Below are positions 46,501-59,186 of a stretch of DNA of 64,000 nucleotides, one piece after another. The DNA is from Zygnema circumcarinatum SAG 698-1b. Taxonomy: Eukaryota > Plantae > Zygnematophyceae. Location: positions 682,001 through 746,000 of the forward strand of contig CM074812.1 in NCBI GenBank assembly GCA_037447605.1, read 5' to 3'. Within the stretch, counting starts at the first letter, position 1, and every line of letters begins with the position of its first letter. The notes under the pieces are model-generated. The model was not told the origin of the DNA. It saw only the letters and a list, made by a program, of their open reading frames with translations, and ran no database searches. The position numbers and the translations under genes are program-made.

Positions 46501-47640
46501 CATAGAATAGCGACGATACAGCTGCTGTACCGCCTTTCTATTCCCTGCAACCGCTGCATTGATGAGCAACTGATATCCACAAAGGCTGTCTCCAAGCTGC
46601 TTCACATGCTGTTTCAGTTTCCATGGAACAGCAGCTTGCACTGTGCCATCTACCGCTTCTTTCAGGTACTATTGTTCATTCCTGTTTTTCCTCGTTATTG
46701 TAGAACAGCTTTTTGCTTCTGCATTACAGCCCAATTTTCAACCCAGATTTGGTTATGCTGAATGGTTCCCTTGCTGCATGCAGGTGGTTCTATCACGTCC
46801 AAGCTCTCCTTTAGCAGATCATCTTTTGGACGGCAGTGAAGGGCTGCTGGCGCGATTAGCGCATGAAGGGAGCGGCAGCTGTAAACTTCGCATTGGCCGA
46901 AGACTTGGGTAAAATCGCAACTGGAGCAGCTTTTTCTAGATTATAATGGAGAAACTGGAACTGCTCCATTAGTAGCTCCTACTGTTGTTTTCTACGCTTT
47001 TCTCTCTATCCCCCTCCTTTCTTAGATTTTACCTTTTTCTCCATAATGTTATCGTGGCTGCAACTTAATGAGCTGCAAGCGAATGCAGGTACACAGGTCA
47101 TGTGCTTCAGCTGTCCAGGTTGCTGCTTGAGCAAGCTGCGAAACATCCCTCTTTGAAGGTACTCTTTCGCCTTTCTTTTTCAGCTTTCATCTTTATCTCT
47201 TCTGCCGCTGGAAGAATTTGAGCTCCTTTTGAAGCCTTCTCTGTAGCTAGAACACTTCATCAACGTGTTGCTGTCTTTAGAAACTGGCTAAGTTGGGGCA
47301 TTACTTCTGGCTGCTGAAGAAATAGAGTAGGGATAGGGACCACGTGGGGAGAGGGGGAGAAAGGTAGAGCGAGGGGAAGGGAGAGGGAGAGGTTGAGAGA
47401 GGGAGAGGGAGAGGCTGACAGGCCCTGGCCTTGGTCGTTTCGCAGGAGAAGCTGGATGCCCATGCAGAATGGAGCGCTTATGTGGGCGAAGGAGGAGCAT
47501 TTCAAGTGCATAAGGAGCAGCAAGACGGGTTTTTGGGAGGCTCAAAGCCTGACGCTCCGGTGGCAGCAGCTTCTTTCGAATCCGAGCAAGCGGAGGTGGC
47601 TAATGCACTTGAGCAGTTGCGGCTTGTCTATCTCCAGTAA
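43585..47640 (+). CDS. Protein with an acidic/basic N-terminus, RNI-like LRRs and a C-terminal SAPS (SIT4/PP6-associated protein)-like region
   Basis: About 10 exons. LRR: VTSIDLSDNTISDDGIQQL, LIQLDVRGNQISEKGKMAL (45146-45355). SAPS-like: VGRHRIATIQLL...LLHMLFQFPWNSSLH (46392-46665), RLG|YTGHVLQLS (46908/47089), HAEWSAYVGEGG...QQDGFLGG (47445-47640). Confidence 0.75.
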
Positions 47641-48671
47641 GTTCCTCTTCTAACCTTCAGGGGCTCCTTTTGCCTTTTGAGAGTTTGGGGCTTGTGAAGA
47701 GTTTCTTTAGGACCTTATCCATGGGCGAATATTTTGAAGAAGGAGAGGTGAGTTGGTGTTGCATTTGGGTCTGTTTCGGAATTGGTTAAAAACTTGGCTG
47801 CTACCTCAGGCCCATGTTTAGTGCAATTTCTCTTTTGGGATAGTTTGATCATCAATTTTCCGACTTCCAGTTCATTGTATAGGGGATTTCTTGTTCCACT
47901 GTGCAGGCGTGCTACTGGCGGCTCTTTCAAAGTCGCTCGATGAGTTAAAACTGTGCTCCCGTGCCTCCCCTCTCCATAAGTCCATTGGTCCATTACTGCT
48001 CAACCCCTCAGCTTTCCCTCCTCCTCTTTTCAAGTACCCTAGAAGGCCTCTTTCGCTCCATGAGGAATCTCATGTCATTTTCCCATGGAAGAACCTTCAT
48101 GGATAGCTAATGGTCATGAGATGTCAATAGCCATGGGATGCTAATGGCAATGGGATCTCTCTCTATTGACTCGTGTTGGCGATTTGTGCCCAGTTGACGT
48201 CATGTCTATGGGCCTCCATGTTATGCCTGTTAAGTTAGAGGAGCATGGTAGGGAAAGCAAATGGTTATTGATAGCAGTCACAGTTCGAACTTATTCCGCT
48301 TAACAGTTACTGACATCCGGGTCGCTGTCCTAGTCCATCTCCGTGCCGTTTTAGGCCTAGACCTGAAATCCTTTTCGTGAGGAAGAGAATGGGGAAAGTC
48401 CTAAGAATATAGTACGGTAAGACCATTCTAAGTGAATAGGGGTTCGGATCGGGGCTCTATTGACTTAGTCGAGCTTCAACATACAGTAACACCACGGTCC
48501 GCGGACACCTTCGGGTATTTTGGATTGCTCAAGTTTTCCTCAGTTGAATTGATCGAGAGACTTGGAATTGAATTAGGGCTGCCTTGAACTCTTGGGATGT
48601 CAGCTGCGACTTGTCGCCAATGGTTCATCCGCTCGCTTGTAACTACGCCTTGAATATTCCGCACGGGATTT

Positions 48672-49092
48672 CTCCCTCCCCCTCCCCTCCCCCTCCCCTC
48701 CCCTCCCCTCCCCCTCCCCTCCCCCTCCCCTCCTCCTCCCCCCCTCCCCCTCCCCTCCCCTCCCCCTCCCCCTCCCCCTCCCCTCCCCTCCCCCTCCCCT
48801 CCCCTCCCCTCCCCCTCCCCTCCCCTCCCCTCCCCTCCCCTCCCCCTCCCCTCCCCTCCCCCTCCCCTCCCCCTCCCCTCCTCCCCTCCCCTCCCCCTCC
48901 CCTCCCCTCCCCCTCCCCTCCCCCTCCCCCTCCCCTCCCCTCCCCCTCCCCCTCCCCCTCCCCTCCCCCTCCCCCTCCCCTCCCCCTCCCCTCCCCCTCC
49001 CCTCCCCTCCCCTCCCCCTCCCCCTCCCCCTCCCCCTCCCCCTCCCCCTCCCCTCCCCCTCCCCCTCCCCCTCCCCTCCCCTCCCCTCCCCA
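48672..49092. repeat. Long (CCCCT/CCCCCT)n polypyrimidine repeat
   Basis: ~420 bp of pure C/T; G-quadruplex/triplex-prone on the G-rich strand. Confidence 0.95.
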
Positions 49093-49708
49093 TCCCAGAT
49101 GAGGGGAGAAAAAATGGTAGCGAGATACGCCGAGAATGAGGAAGGCGGAAATGGAGAGGGGGCAGCGAAAACGAGAGGCAAGATGGGCCGGATTCCTTCC
49201 CTGCTTTAGGGCCGAAGCCAGGTATACCGTACAGTACGTCATGTACGGTCATAGGAAAATTCACGCGTGTAAAAATTTAAGAGTTGCACCAGTCAAAACT
49301 CGCCACGTGGACAATTCGATATATCCGACGTGCCCAGCAGTCGAGACCTCAACCGGCGGTCACCGCGCGTCGACGTCTGCGGTGCCTACGTGGCATTACT
49401 TCATTTATCACTGGGAACCACGTGATGGCGTGGGATTGGAAGGCGCAGTCACGTTTTTTTTTGTGGACCTGTCCACTCCGACGAAGGCGCGTCCCAAAAC
49501 AAATCGGAGACTTGGGAGCCACGTGGGCGCCACGTGTGTACCTCGTGGATGACACGTGGACGCCACATGGGCACCGCGTCGTAAAAAATGGCTCTGATGC
49601 CTCGATGCCAATGGTTGGCAGCCATTGCCAATGGTTGTTTGGGTCGTGATTCACGGACTCGTGAATCGACTGCAAGCAACCATTGAATCCAAAGGGTGCA
49701 ACTGTTGG

Positions 49709-49799
49709 CAATGGTTGGCTAGATGGGTCAAGAGCCAATGGTTGGCTAGATGGGTCAAGAGCCAATGGTTGGCTAGATGAGTCGATAGCCAATGGTTGA
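49709..49799. repeat. 27-bp tandem repeat, ~3.3 copies (CAATGGTTGGCTAGATGGGTCAAGAGC)
   Basis: Units at 49709, 49736, 49763 and a partial unit at 49790. Confidence 0.9.
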
Positions 49800-51253
49800 T
49801 CCAACGGTCTTACGGACGGTCTTGTTCCGCCTGAATGTTCACTGCTCACGCGCAGACATGTGGGCGTACGAGCTAGAGAGGGAGTAATAAGAGATACAGG
49901 GTGAGAGAGAGGAGGACGGGTTTCTCCGCCGGTGGAGGAGTTTGGATCAGGTGTGTTAAAAGCTGCATCAAGAGTCAGGACTTGGAGAGATTGTGTAGGT
50001 TCCTGGTGCAGCTATCACTTCATAAGGTTGATAATTTTCTCATAAAAGAAATAATTAGTGCTGCGGTTCTTTTCTGGAAAGAGATTGTGAAGGAGGACCG
50101 TTGTCCTCTGCCGCATGTGTTCATGAAGGCCTCGTTTTTATTCGGGTGAATTTTTTATGGATGTGGAAAGAGAGTGAACAGACGGGCGCAGGGGGAGAGG
50201 AGGGAGAGAGAAGGGAGAGAGAAGAGACAGTGGAGGAGAGGGGAGGGAGAGGAGAGGAGAGAGAGAGAGAGTGGTCGAGAGGAGGGAGAAAGAAGGGAGA
50301 GTAAAGAGGCAGTGGAGGGAGAGGGGAGGGAGAGGAGAGGGGAGAGAGAGTGGTCGAGAAGAGGGAGAGTGAAGGGTGAGGGTGAGGGTGAGGAGGGAGA
50401 GAGAAGGGAGAGTAAAGAGGCAGTGGAAGGAGAGGGAAGGGAGAGGAGAGGGGAGAGAGAGTGGTCGAGAGGAGGGGGAGGAGGTAAAGAGAAGAGAGAG
50501 AGGAGGAAAGGGAAATGTGGGACGAAGCAGAGGCTGAAGGGGAGATGGAGTGTTGCGGCTGAGAAAGCTAGGTAGAGGAAGCGAGAGAATGAGAGAGAGG
50601 GAGTGAGAGAGAGAGGAGAGGAGAGGAGAGGAGTGGGGGAAAACGGGAGGGAGTAGCGAAAGGGATAGAGGGAAGGTCTCCTGTAAGTTCGCATTGCCAG
50701 TGTTGATAGACCAACACCCGCAGTGCTGCTTTGCAGTGCAGCTGATGGTCAGGCAGAGCCCTGCAACCGAATGCGCCCGAAATCGTGCAACAAACTTCTG
50801 ACAGACATGCAGCGCAGCAACGTCTACAAGGCGTTGCGGGAAGGATGCAGCATGATCTTTCCAAAATTGAAGGTCAGCTCAAACAGTTGAAAAAAAAATT
50901 TACCTCAAAGAAAACTACTTGGAAGTCTTTAATCTATTTGTTGCCCAACTGCATGCTCAAATTCACTAAAATGACTTATTGTTGAAGCACATTTGCTAAG
51001 CGTTACCAATTTTCGTAATGGGTGCTCAAAGGTAGGTTGGTCTTATCCTTCAGCGCGCTCTTTCGCCTTCCTTTTCTGTGTCTCTCTTTCTTGCTGTCTC
51101 TCTTGCTCGCCCTCCCTGTACCTCCCCCTCTCTCTCTCTTCTTTCTCTCTTCCCCCTTCTTCCCTGTTCCTTTCTCATGCTCTCTCTCTCTCACACACAC
51201 TCTCCCCCACTCCCTCCCTGTATCTCTCCTTTTTGCTCTAGCACTTTCTCTTT

Positions 51254-52593
51254 ATGGATATACACAATGTACAAGTTAAAAGCTATCTGAAGAAAGCACT
51301 AAAAAGAACTTGCAACTGGACAACCAATAAGGTCAATTTTGCAAAGCTGCTTGATTACACCGCCTCCCCTCTCTTCCGCTTGAAGGGAAGCGAGCTGGCA
51401 TAGAGAGAGGAAGAGAGAGGAGGAGAGACGGTGAGGAGTGGGAGGGGTGGAGGGAGGAGAGAGAGTGGGAGAGGGAGGGGATTGACGACAGGAAGGGAAG
51501 AGTGAGGGAGGCAACGATGAGGAAGGGGTATGGAAGAGTGAAGGGAGAGAGAGAGAGGGGGGGGAACAGAAGGATTGTTGGGGAAGAAGTGGAAAGTGAG
51601 GGTGGGGGAGGCAGAGGGTGAGGGAGGGATAAGAGACAGGGGGGAGGGAGGGACTGAGAGTGGAAACGAGAGAAGGGAGACGGAAGAACATAATAAACTT
51701 TCTCTCTCTACGCCCTTTCCTTGCTATTCCAGATTTAGAGTTTTTTCCAGTTTTCCGGGAGTTTTTCCTTGCGTTTGTGGTGTTGAGAAGTGTTATCTTT
51801 TTGCTTAGTTTTTTTGGACAAACTTTTTGAATTGCAGATTTTCAGGAGAAAAATTGATGCTCCGGTGGCGATACTTTTGTTACTTGTTACGATCACTGGG
51901 CTTTCTCTTTGGCACCAAATAGACCGTGATCCCATGTAAGTGATTGAGAAGCTCAAACCATTTAACCCAAAGTTTCACATAGAATTTGGAATAACCCTAT
52001 GAATTTCTTTACTGGTTGAGGGCTATTTCTTTAATTAAATTTCTGCTTTTTGCTTAGCTTCTTTTGGCACCCTTTCGCAACCACTTTGAAGGGCGCTTTA
52101 AACCAGTGAGAGAATAATAAATATTGAAAACAGTGTGTACTTTTGTCTCTTTCTTCTTTTATATCATGAAAGTGAGGATGAGCTTAGCAGAGAGCAACAA
52201 AGTGGAGACACTAGAACAGGAAAGTGATATTCCCCTTAATAAAGCTTCAATTTCCCCCGTTCTTTCTCCTCCCTCTTTCTTCCTCCTCTCTCTCTCTATG
52301 CTCAGTTTGCAGCGAGCTCTGAGTGACGTTGCAACTCCGAAGCGAGTTGTTATTGTGACGGTGTTCACATCTGCCTGGAAAGACATGCTTGACCTGTGGC
52401 TATACCGGCTGAAAAAGGTACAAGATCGGCCTATGGACTTTGGGAGCCATGTGCTCATAATGGCATTGGATGAAGGGGCATACGACTACTGTTCGACTCT
52501 GAATGTGCGATGCTACTATGATGATCAGGTGGGCTCCATAATAACAAGTCTTTTTTTTTACTAGTAGTCACTAAGAGTTTGTCCGGCTGAGTC

Positions 52594-52634
<41 letters not shown>

Positions 52635-55443
52635 ATCTCTCTCTCTCTCAACCTCTCTCTCCCCCCTCTCCCCCCTCTCCCCTCCCCCCCCCTCCTTCTC
52701 TCCCGAGACTCTCCTACCCCCCTTCTTTCCGCCCCTTGGTTAGACTTATCTACTGGTCTGCTTCTCTTCCACCATTTGCGTGAGTGATTCCATTGTGGAA
52801 AGAAAGAAAGAAGGAAGAAAGAAAGAAAGGAAGTGCCTGTGGAGGGAGAGAACTGCAAAAGTACAAATGGAGTGTTTTCTTAGATGGAGGTGCAACAAAG
52901 GGGACACTGCCCTGAAAACCCTAAAACCCTTGAAAACCTAAAAAATTCTAACCTCAACCGTAAAATCCAGATGGAGCAGGAGCTGACAACGTTTTTCTCA
53001 ACGTTTGTTTGCAGCATGATGCAGTCGAACCCTTTCAATATGCACGCGATGAAGTGCAGTTCAACACGCCGGCTTATATTGCGATGGTATGTGTTTCAAT
53101 ACCCTAAAATTCTAATCAAGGTGAATTTGTCAAACTTCATTCAGCTTTCTGATTAAATTCTTAGTGCATTCCGGAATATGCACTATATATATAGTATATT
53201 CGCATATTCGCATATTTGCATATTCGCTTCCCTCTATTGGGAGTCAGAATGGGTATATGTAGAATCTGCATGTTCCTTTCGCTTTCCTAAGGGAGAAGTT
53301 AAGGCAGCTAAGAGCAGGAATGCAGGGGTGGTGAGGAGAAGCAGGGGGAAATGTTCATTATGGCCAGATATAAGATATTTTCTTCTGTCCAATTGTGTTC
53401 CTTTTTCAAGAACACTCTTTTGAGTTGGGTAATGGCCGAGGGCGAGGGGCAGTCATGGAGGCGTTTGGAAATGATTCGGAAAATTATGAAAGACGGGTTC
53501 CATGTGATTTTCTCTGATCTGGACGCTGTATGGCTAAAGGTAAGAATTTGCTCGCAGCAGAGGTTACTTCAGCCTATTACCCCCCTCCACTCTCTCCCTC
53601 TCCCTATACCTCGCCCTCTTCCCTCCCCTCCCCCCTCCCCTCCCCTCCCCCCTCCCCCCTCCCCCCCTCCCTCCCTCCCCTCCCCCCTCCCCTCCCCTCC
53701 CCTCCCCTCCCCCTCCCCCTCCNNNNNNNNNNNNNNNNNNNNNNNNNNNNNNNNNNNNNNNNNNNNNNNNNNNNNNNNNNNNNNNNNNNNNNNNNNNNNN
53801 NNNNNNNNNNNNNNNNNNNNNNGGAGGGAGAGAGAGAGCGTGGGGACTGAGGGAGAGGGAGAGAGAGAGAGAGCGGGAGAGGGAGAGACAGCAAACGGTG
53901 GGCAGGTAGAGAGCAACGCTTCGTCGGATTCAGGCAATGAGGAATTGGAGATACTGAGCTCAGAAGAACAGTGAGTTAAACTTTTTGAGAGCAGAAAGTT
54001 GAAAAGAATTCAGCAATAAGCAAGGGAAGGTGTGTTTCTTAGTTCAAGAAACTTGCTAGAATCCGTTCGCAAGTGCTTATTTCCAGGCATTCCTTGCTTT
54101 TGTAATGCTAGGTCAAACTTTTGACCTTCCCAATCCTCTACTTCCTAATCTTAACTTACAATGAATGGACCTATACCTTAACTCAGTCACTATGAGATAG
54201 TTAAGTTATTACAAGAAATATGAAGGACCAATCTTTTGTTATGTGTTTCAGGTTTATGGAGCTCGCTCGAATCGCTGCTTATCCAGATAGCACTGTCCTT
54301 ATCACTCCCTACCTCTCCTCCTTTGGAGAATTCTTCCGACTTAGACTAGATAGAATGCGGAATGTGGACTACTTGGGAACTTTCATAGATCACACACTCT
54401 TCATCTCTTATTCTCCCGAAGAATACAGCCAATGCAAAAACCTCGAACTCAAGTGTTTTCTGTTGAAACAGCAACAGGCTGAAAATGAAAGTCCACTAGA
54501 GCAGGTAAGAGACAAAAAAGTTCGCCATAACAGTTTCAAAGAGACTCTGAACCCTGAACCCTAAACCCTTTTACAGACCAGTGGTAAAGTTTTTCTTAGT
54601 GGAGATTTCGATGGAGATGTCCCCCCTTATTATTTAGTTAGGGTTGTGCTTCTATCTATGAAGAGACAAAACCTTAAATGTATGAGTGGGGGTATTGGGC
54701 GGCAGGGGTGGCGCCAGCTGGCACTTGTACGGAGGTTGCTGGCGGATGGGCATCATGTGTTGTGCTCGGATGCGCATGTGATGTGGCTCAAGGTGAGGAG
54801 GGGGAGGATTCTCTGTCTCCAGTCAATGGGAGAGAGAGGGCGGAGAGAGTGGGAGGGGAGAGGTGGAAAGAGAGGGGGGGGAAGGGGAGTGAGGGAGGGG
54901 GGGATGGAGAAATGGGGAGAGAGAGAGGGTGGAGAGAGGGGGGAGGGGGGGTGAGGAGGGGAGAGGAGAGGAAGGGGGCGGTGGAGAGAGCGGGAGATAG
55001 GGAGAGGGTGGGGAGGGAGAGACGGAGAGAGAGAGTGGACAGCTGCGGAAGAGGGAGGAGGATGAGAGAGAAGAAAGACGGTGAGGAGGAAGTGGAGGAG
55101 AGGGGAGGGAAGGGGAAGGGGAAGGGAGGGAGAGAGAGAGATAGGGAGAAGGAGAGGGGAGGAACGACGAGAGGGAGAGAGAGAGAGAGCAGAGGGAGAG
55201 AGAGAGAGAGCAAGAGAGGGAGAGAGGAGGGAGAGGCTGAGGGAAACGGGGGAGGGGAGAGAGTATTTTGTGTTTCAACCTATTTGAATGTTCAATGTGC
55301 AGGTTGTAATAAACAGAACATTAGCATTTTGTCGCTATGCCGGATTGTATACATCACTTATTTATACAGCGACTCTCTCCCATATGCTTTCCTTTTCAAT
55401 TCATCCTTTTAATTTTGCTTTAGTTAACCTTCCGAAAGGAAAC

Positions 55444-55495
<52 letters not shown>

Positions 55496-57448
55496 CTCTC
55501 TTTTCACTCTTTTCTTTTCTTTTCTTTTCTTTTTTCGTTTTTTTTTTTTTGTTTGTTTGATTGACAGGATGTTTTTTTCAGTCTGAAAAGGGGCGACGAT
55601 TTGACCGGCACATGTGCGCTGCGAGAAGAGGGGTTCAAAGATGTGCCCTCATCGCTGCTGCTCTTTCTGCGGAGCAACGAACGGACTCTAAAGCTCATGG
55701 ACCTGTGGATCGATGAGCACGAAACAAGGTAGGAACATCAGAGGGAGAGAGAGGAGCGAGAGAGGGAGAGAGAGAGAGAGGAGCGAGAGTGGGGGAGAGG
55801 GAGAGCGAGGGAGATCTGAAATCTCTTCGAAGTGCTTGGTTGGTTGGTTTGTTTGTTGGGGGAGAAGTTGGTGGCAGAGGAAAGGGAGAGAGGAAGGAGG
55901 GAGGANNNNNNNNNNGCAACGCTTCGTCGGATTCAGGCAATGAGGAATTGGAGATACTGAGCTCAGAAGAACAGTGAGTTAAACTTTTTGAGAGCAGAAA
56001 GTTGAAAAGAATTCAGCAATAAGCAAGGGAAGGTGTGTTTCTTAGTTCAAGAAACTTGCTAGAATCCGTTCGCAAGTGCTTATTTCCAGGCATTCCTTGC
56101 TTTTGTAATGCTAGGTCAAACTTTTGACCTTCCCAATCCTCTACTTCCTAATCTTAACTTACAATGAATGGACCTATACCTTAACTCAGTCACTATGAGA
56201 TAGTTAAGTTATTACAAGAAATATGAAGGACCAATCTTTTGTTATGTGTTTCAGGTTTATGGAGCTCGCTCGAATCGCTGCTTATCCAGATAGCACTGTC
56301 CTTATCACTCCCTACCTCTCCTCCTTTGGAGAATTCTTCCGACTTAGACTAGATAGAATGCGGAATGTGGACTACTTGGGAACTTTCATAGATCACACAC
56401 TCTTCATCTCTTATTCTCCCGAAGAATACAGCCAATGCAAAAACCTCGAACTCAAGTGTTTTCTGTTGAAACAGCAACAGGCTGAAAATGAAAGTCCACT
56501 AGAGCAGGTAAGAGACAAAAAAGTTCGCCATAACAGTTTCAAAGAGACTCTGAACCCTGAACCCTAAACCCTTTTACAGACCAGTGGTAAAGTTTTTCTT
56601 AGTGGAGATTTCGATGGAGATGTCCCCCCTTATTATTTAGTTAGGGTTGTGCTTCTATCTATGAAGAGACAAAACCTTAAATGTATGAGTGGGGGTATTG
56701 GGCGGCAGGGGTGGCGCCAGCTGGCACTTGTACGGAGGTTGCTGGCGGATGGGCATCATGTGTTGTGCTCGGATGCGCATGTGATGTGGCTCAAGGTGAG
56801 GAGGGGGAGGATTCTCTGTCTCCAGTCAATGGGAGAGAGAGGGCGGAGAGAGAGTGGGAGGGGAGAGGTGGAAAGAGAGGGGGGGGAAGGGGAGTGAGGG
56901 AGGGGGGGATGGAGAAATGGGGAGAGAGAGAGGGTGGAGAGAGGGGGGAGGGGGGGTGAGGAGGGGAGAGGAGAGGAAGGGGGCGGTGGAGAGAGCGGGA
57001 GATAGGGAGAGGGTGGGGAGGGAGAGACGGAGAGAGAGAGTGGACAGCTGCGGAAGAGGGAGGAGGATGAGAGAGAAGAAAGACGGTGAGGAGGAAGTGG
57101 AGGAGAGGGGAGGGAAGGGGAAGGGGAAGGGAGGGAGAGAGAGAGATAGGGAGAAGGAGAGGGGAGGAACGACGAGAGGGAGAGAGAGAGAGAGCAGAGG
57201 GAGAGAGAGAGAGAGCAAGAGAGGGAGAGAGGAGGGAGAGGCTGAGGGAAACGGGGGAGGGGAGAGAGTATTTTGTGTTTCAACCTATTTGAATGTTCAA
57301 TGTGCAGGTTGTAATAAACAGAACATTAGCATTTTGTCGCTATGCCGGATTGTATACATCACTTATTTATACAGCGACTCTCTCCCATATGCTTTCCTTT
57401 TCAATTCATCCTTTTAATTTTGCTTTAGTTAACCTTCCGAAAGGAAAC

Positions 57449-57500
<52 letters not shown>

Positions 57501-59134
57501 CTCTCTTTTCACTCTTTTCTTTTCTTTTCTTTTCTTTTTTCGTTTTTTTTTTTTTGTTTGTTTGATTGACAGGATGTTTTTTTCAGTCTGAAAAGGGGCG
57601 ACGATTTGACCGGCACATGTGCGCTGCGAGAAGAGGGGTTCAAAGATGTGCCCTCATCGCTGCTGCTCTTTCTGCGGAGCAACGAACGGACTCTAAAGCT
57701 CATGGACCTGTGGATCGATGAGCACGAAACAAGGTAGGAACATCAGAGGGAGAGAGAGGAGCGAGAGAGGGAGAGAGAGAGAGAGGAGCGAGAGTGGGGG
57801 AGAGGGAGAGCGAGGGAGATCTGAAATCTCTTCGAAGTGCTTGGTTGGTTGGTTTGTTTGTTGGGGGAGAAGTTGGTGGCAGAGGAAAGGGAGAGAGGAA
57901 GGAGGGAGGAAGATGGGAAGGGAGAGATGGAGGAGAGAGGGGGGGAGGGGAGTCAGAGGGGGGAAGGGGGAGGGAGGGAGAGCGAGAGATGAGGGGAAGG
58001 GGAGGGAAGGTGGAAGGAAGAGAAGGATATGGAGAAAGTGATGGGGAGGGAGTTTATGGTCCTTTGGGTCGATATCATGAAATGTGGTATGAAGAAAATT
58101 GTTTTGTTTTCAGTTCCTGGATATTAAAAAGCTCGTTTGATACAAGTCAGAGCAGCCCTTTTTTATCCCTTTTCTGCATTCGTCACTTTTATTTGGTTCA
58201 AATAAGGAAGAAAACGAGTGTGTACTTTCGTCCCTTTGACCTTTTCTTGTCCAAAGTCTTAATCACCAGCGGATGACTGACTAGCTTCCCCTTTGTTACT
58301 TTTAAGCTCACCTTATTGTATTGCTTCTATGCTTCGCCTTGTCATTCAGAAACCCTAAAAAGTTGAAAGTGGTATGGATGGGTCTGCAGATTCCCAAACA
58401 TGGATGCGAGGCAAGTGCTTGAAAAGTTGTTTATGACGGAACTGGAAACTATCACAGTTAGCATGGGTCTCTCATACTATTGCCTTCCAAAGAATGTTTA
58501 TCCCTCCGTTTGCGAACTTCCCATGGAGCTTAACTTTGTGAGAGCGGTGATAATGGAGCAATGCCCCAATGACTATCGGCCCCTAATGGACCAGGCGAAG
58601 GAGTTTTTTGTGAAATATGACAGTCTAGGTAAGGGGGAAGAGGGAGNNNNNNNNNNGAGAGGAAGGGGGCGGTGGAGAGAGCGGGAGATAGGGAGAGGGT
58701 GGGGAGGGAGAGACGGAGAGAGAGAGTGGACAGCTGCGGAAGAGGGAGGAGGATGAGAGAGAAGAAAGACGGTGAGGAGGAAGTGGAGGAGAGGGGAGGG
58801 AAGGGGAAGGGGAAGGGAGGGAGAGAGAGAGATAGGGAGAAGGAGAGGGGAGGAACGACGAGAGGGAGAGAGAGAGAGAGCAGAGGGAGAGAGAGAGAGA
58901 GCAAGAGAGGGAGAGAGGAGGGAGAGGCTGAGGGAAACGGGGGAGGGGAGAGAGTATTTTGTGTTTCAACCTATTTGAATGTTCAATGTGCAGGTTGTAA
59001 TAAACAGAACATTAGCATTTTGTCGCTATGCCGGATTGTATACATCACTTATTTATACAGCGACTCTCTCCCATATGCTTTCCTTTTCAATTCATCCTTT
59101 TAATTTTGCTTTAGTTAACCTTCCGAAAGGAAAC

Positions 59135-59186
<52 letters not shown>

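Noticed and set aside
48476-49264. Gly/Arg/Glu- and Pro-rich ORFs
   Set aside because: Products of the pure (CCCCT)n tract; the same applies to most GA/CT-derived ORFs at 2-3.8, 10.7-11.7, 17.5-18, 35.5-36.4 and 50-60 kb.
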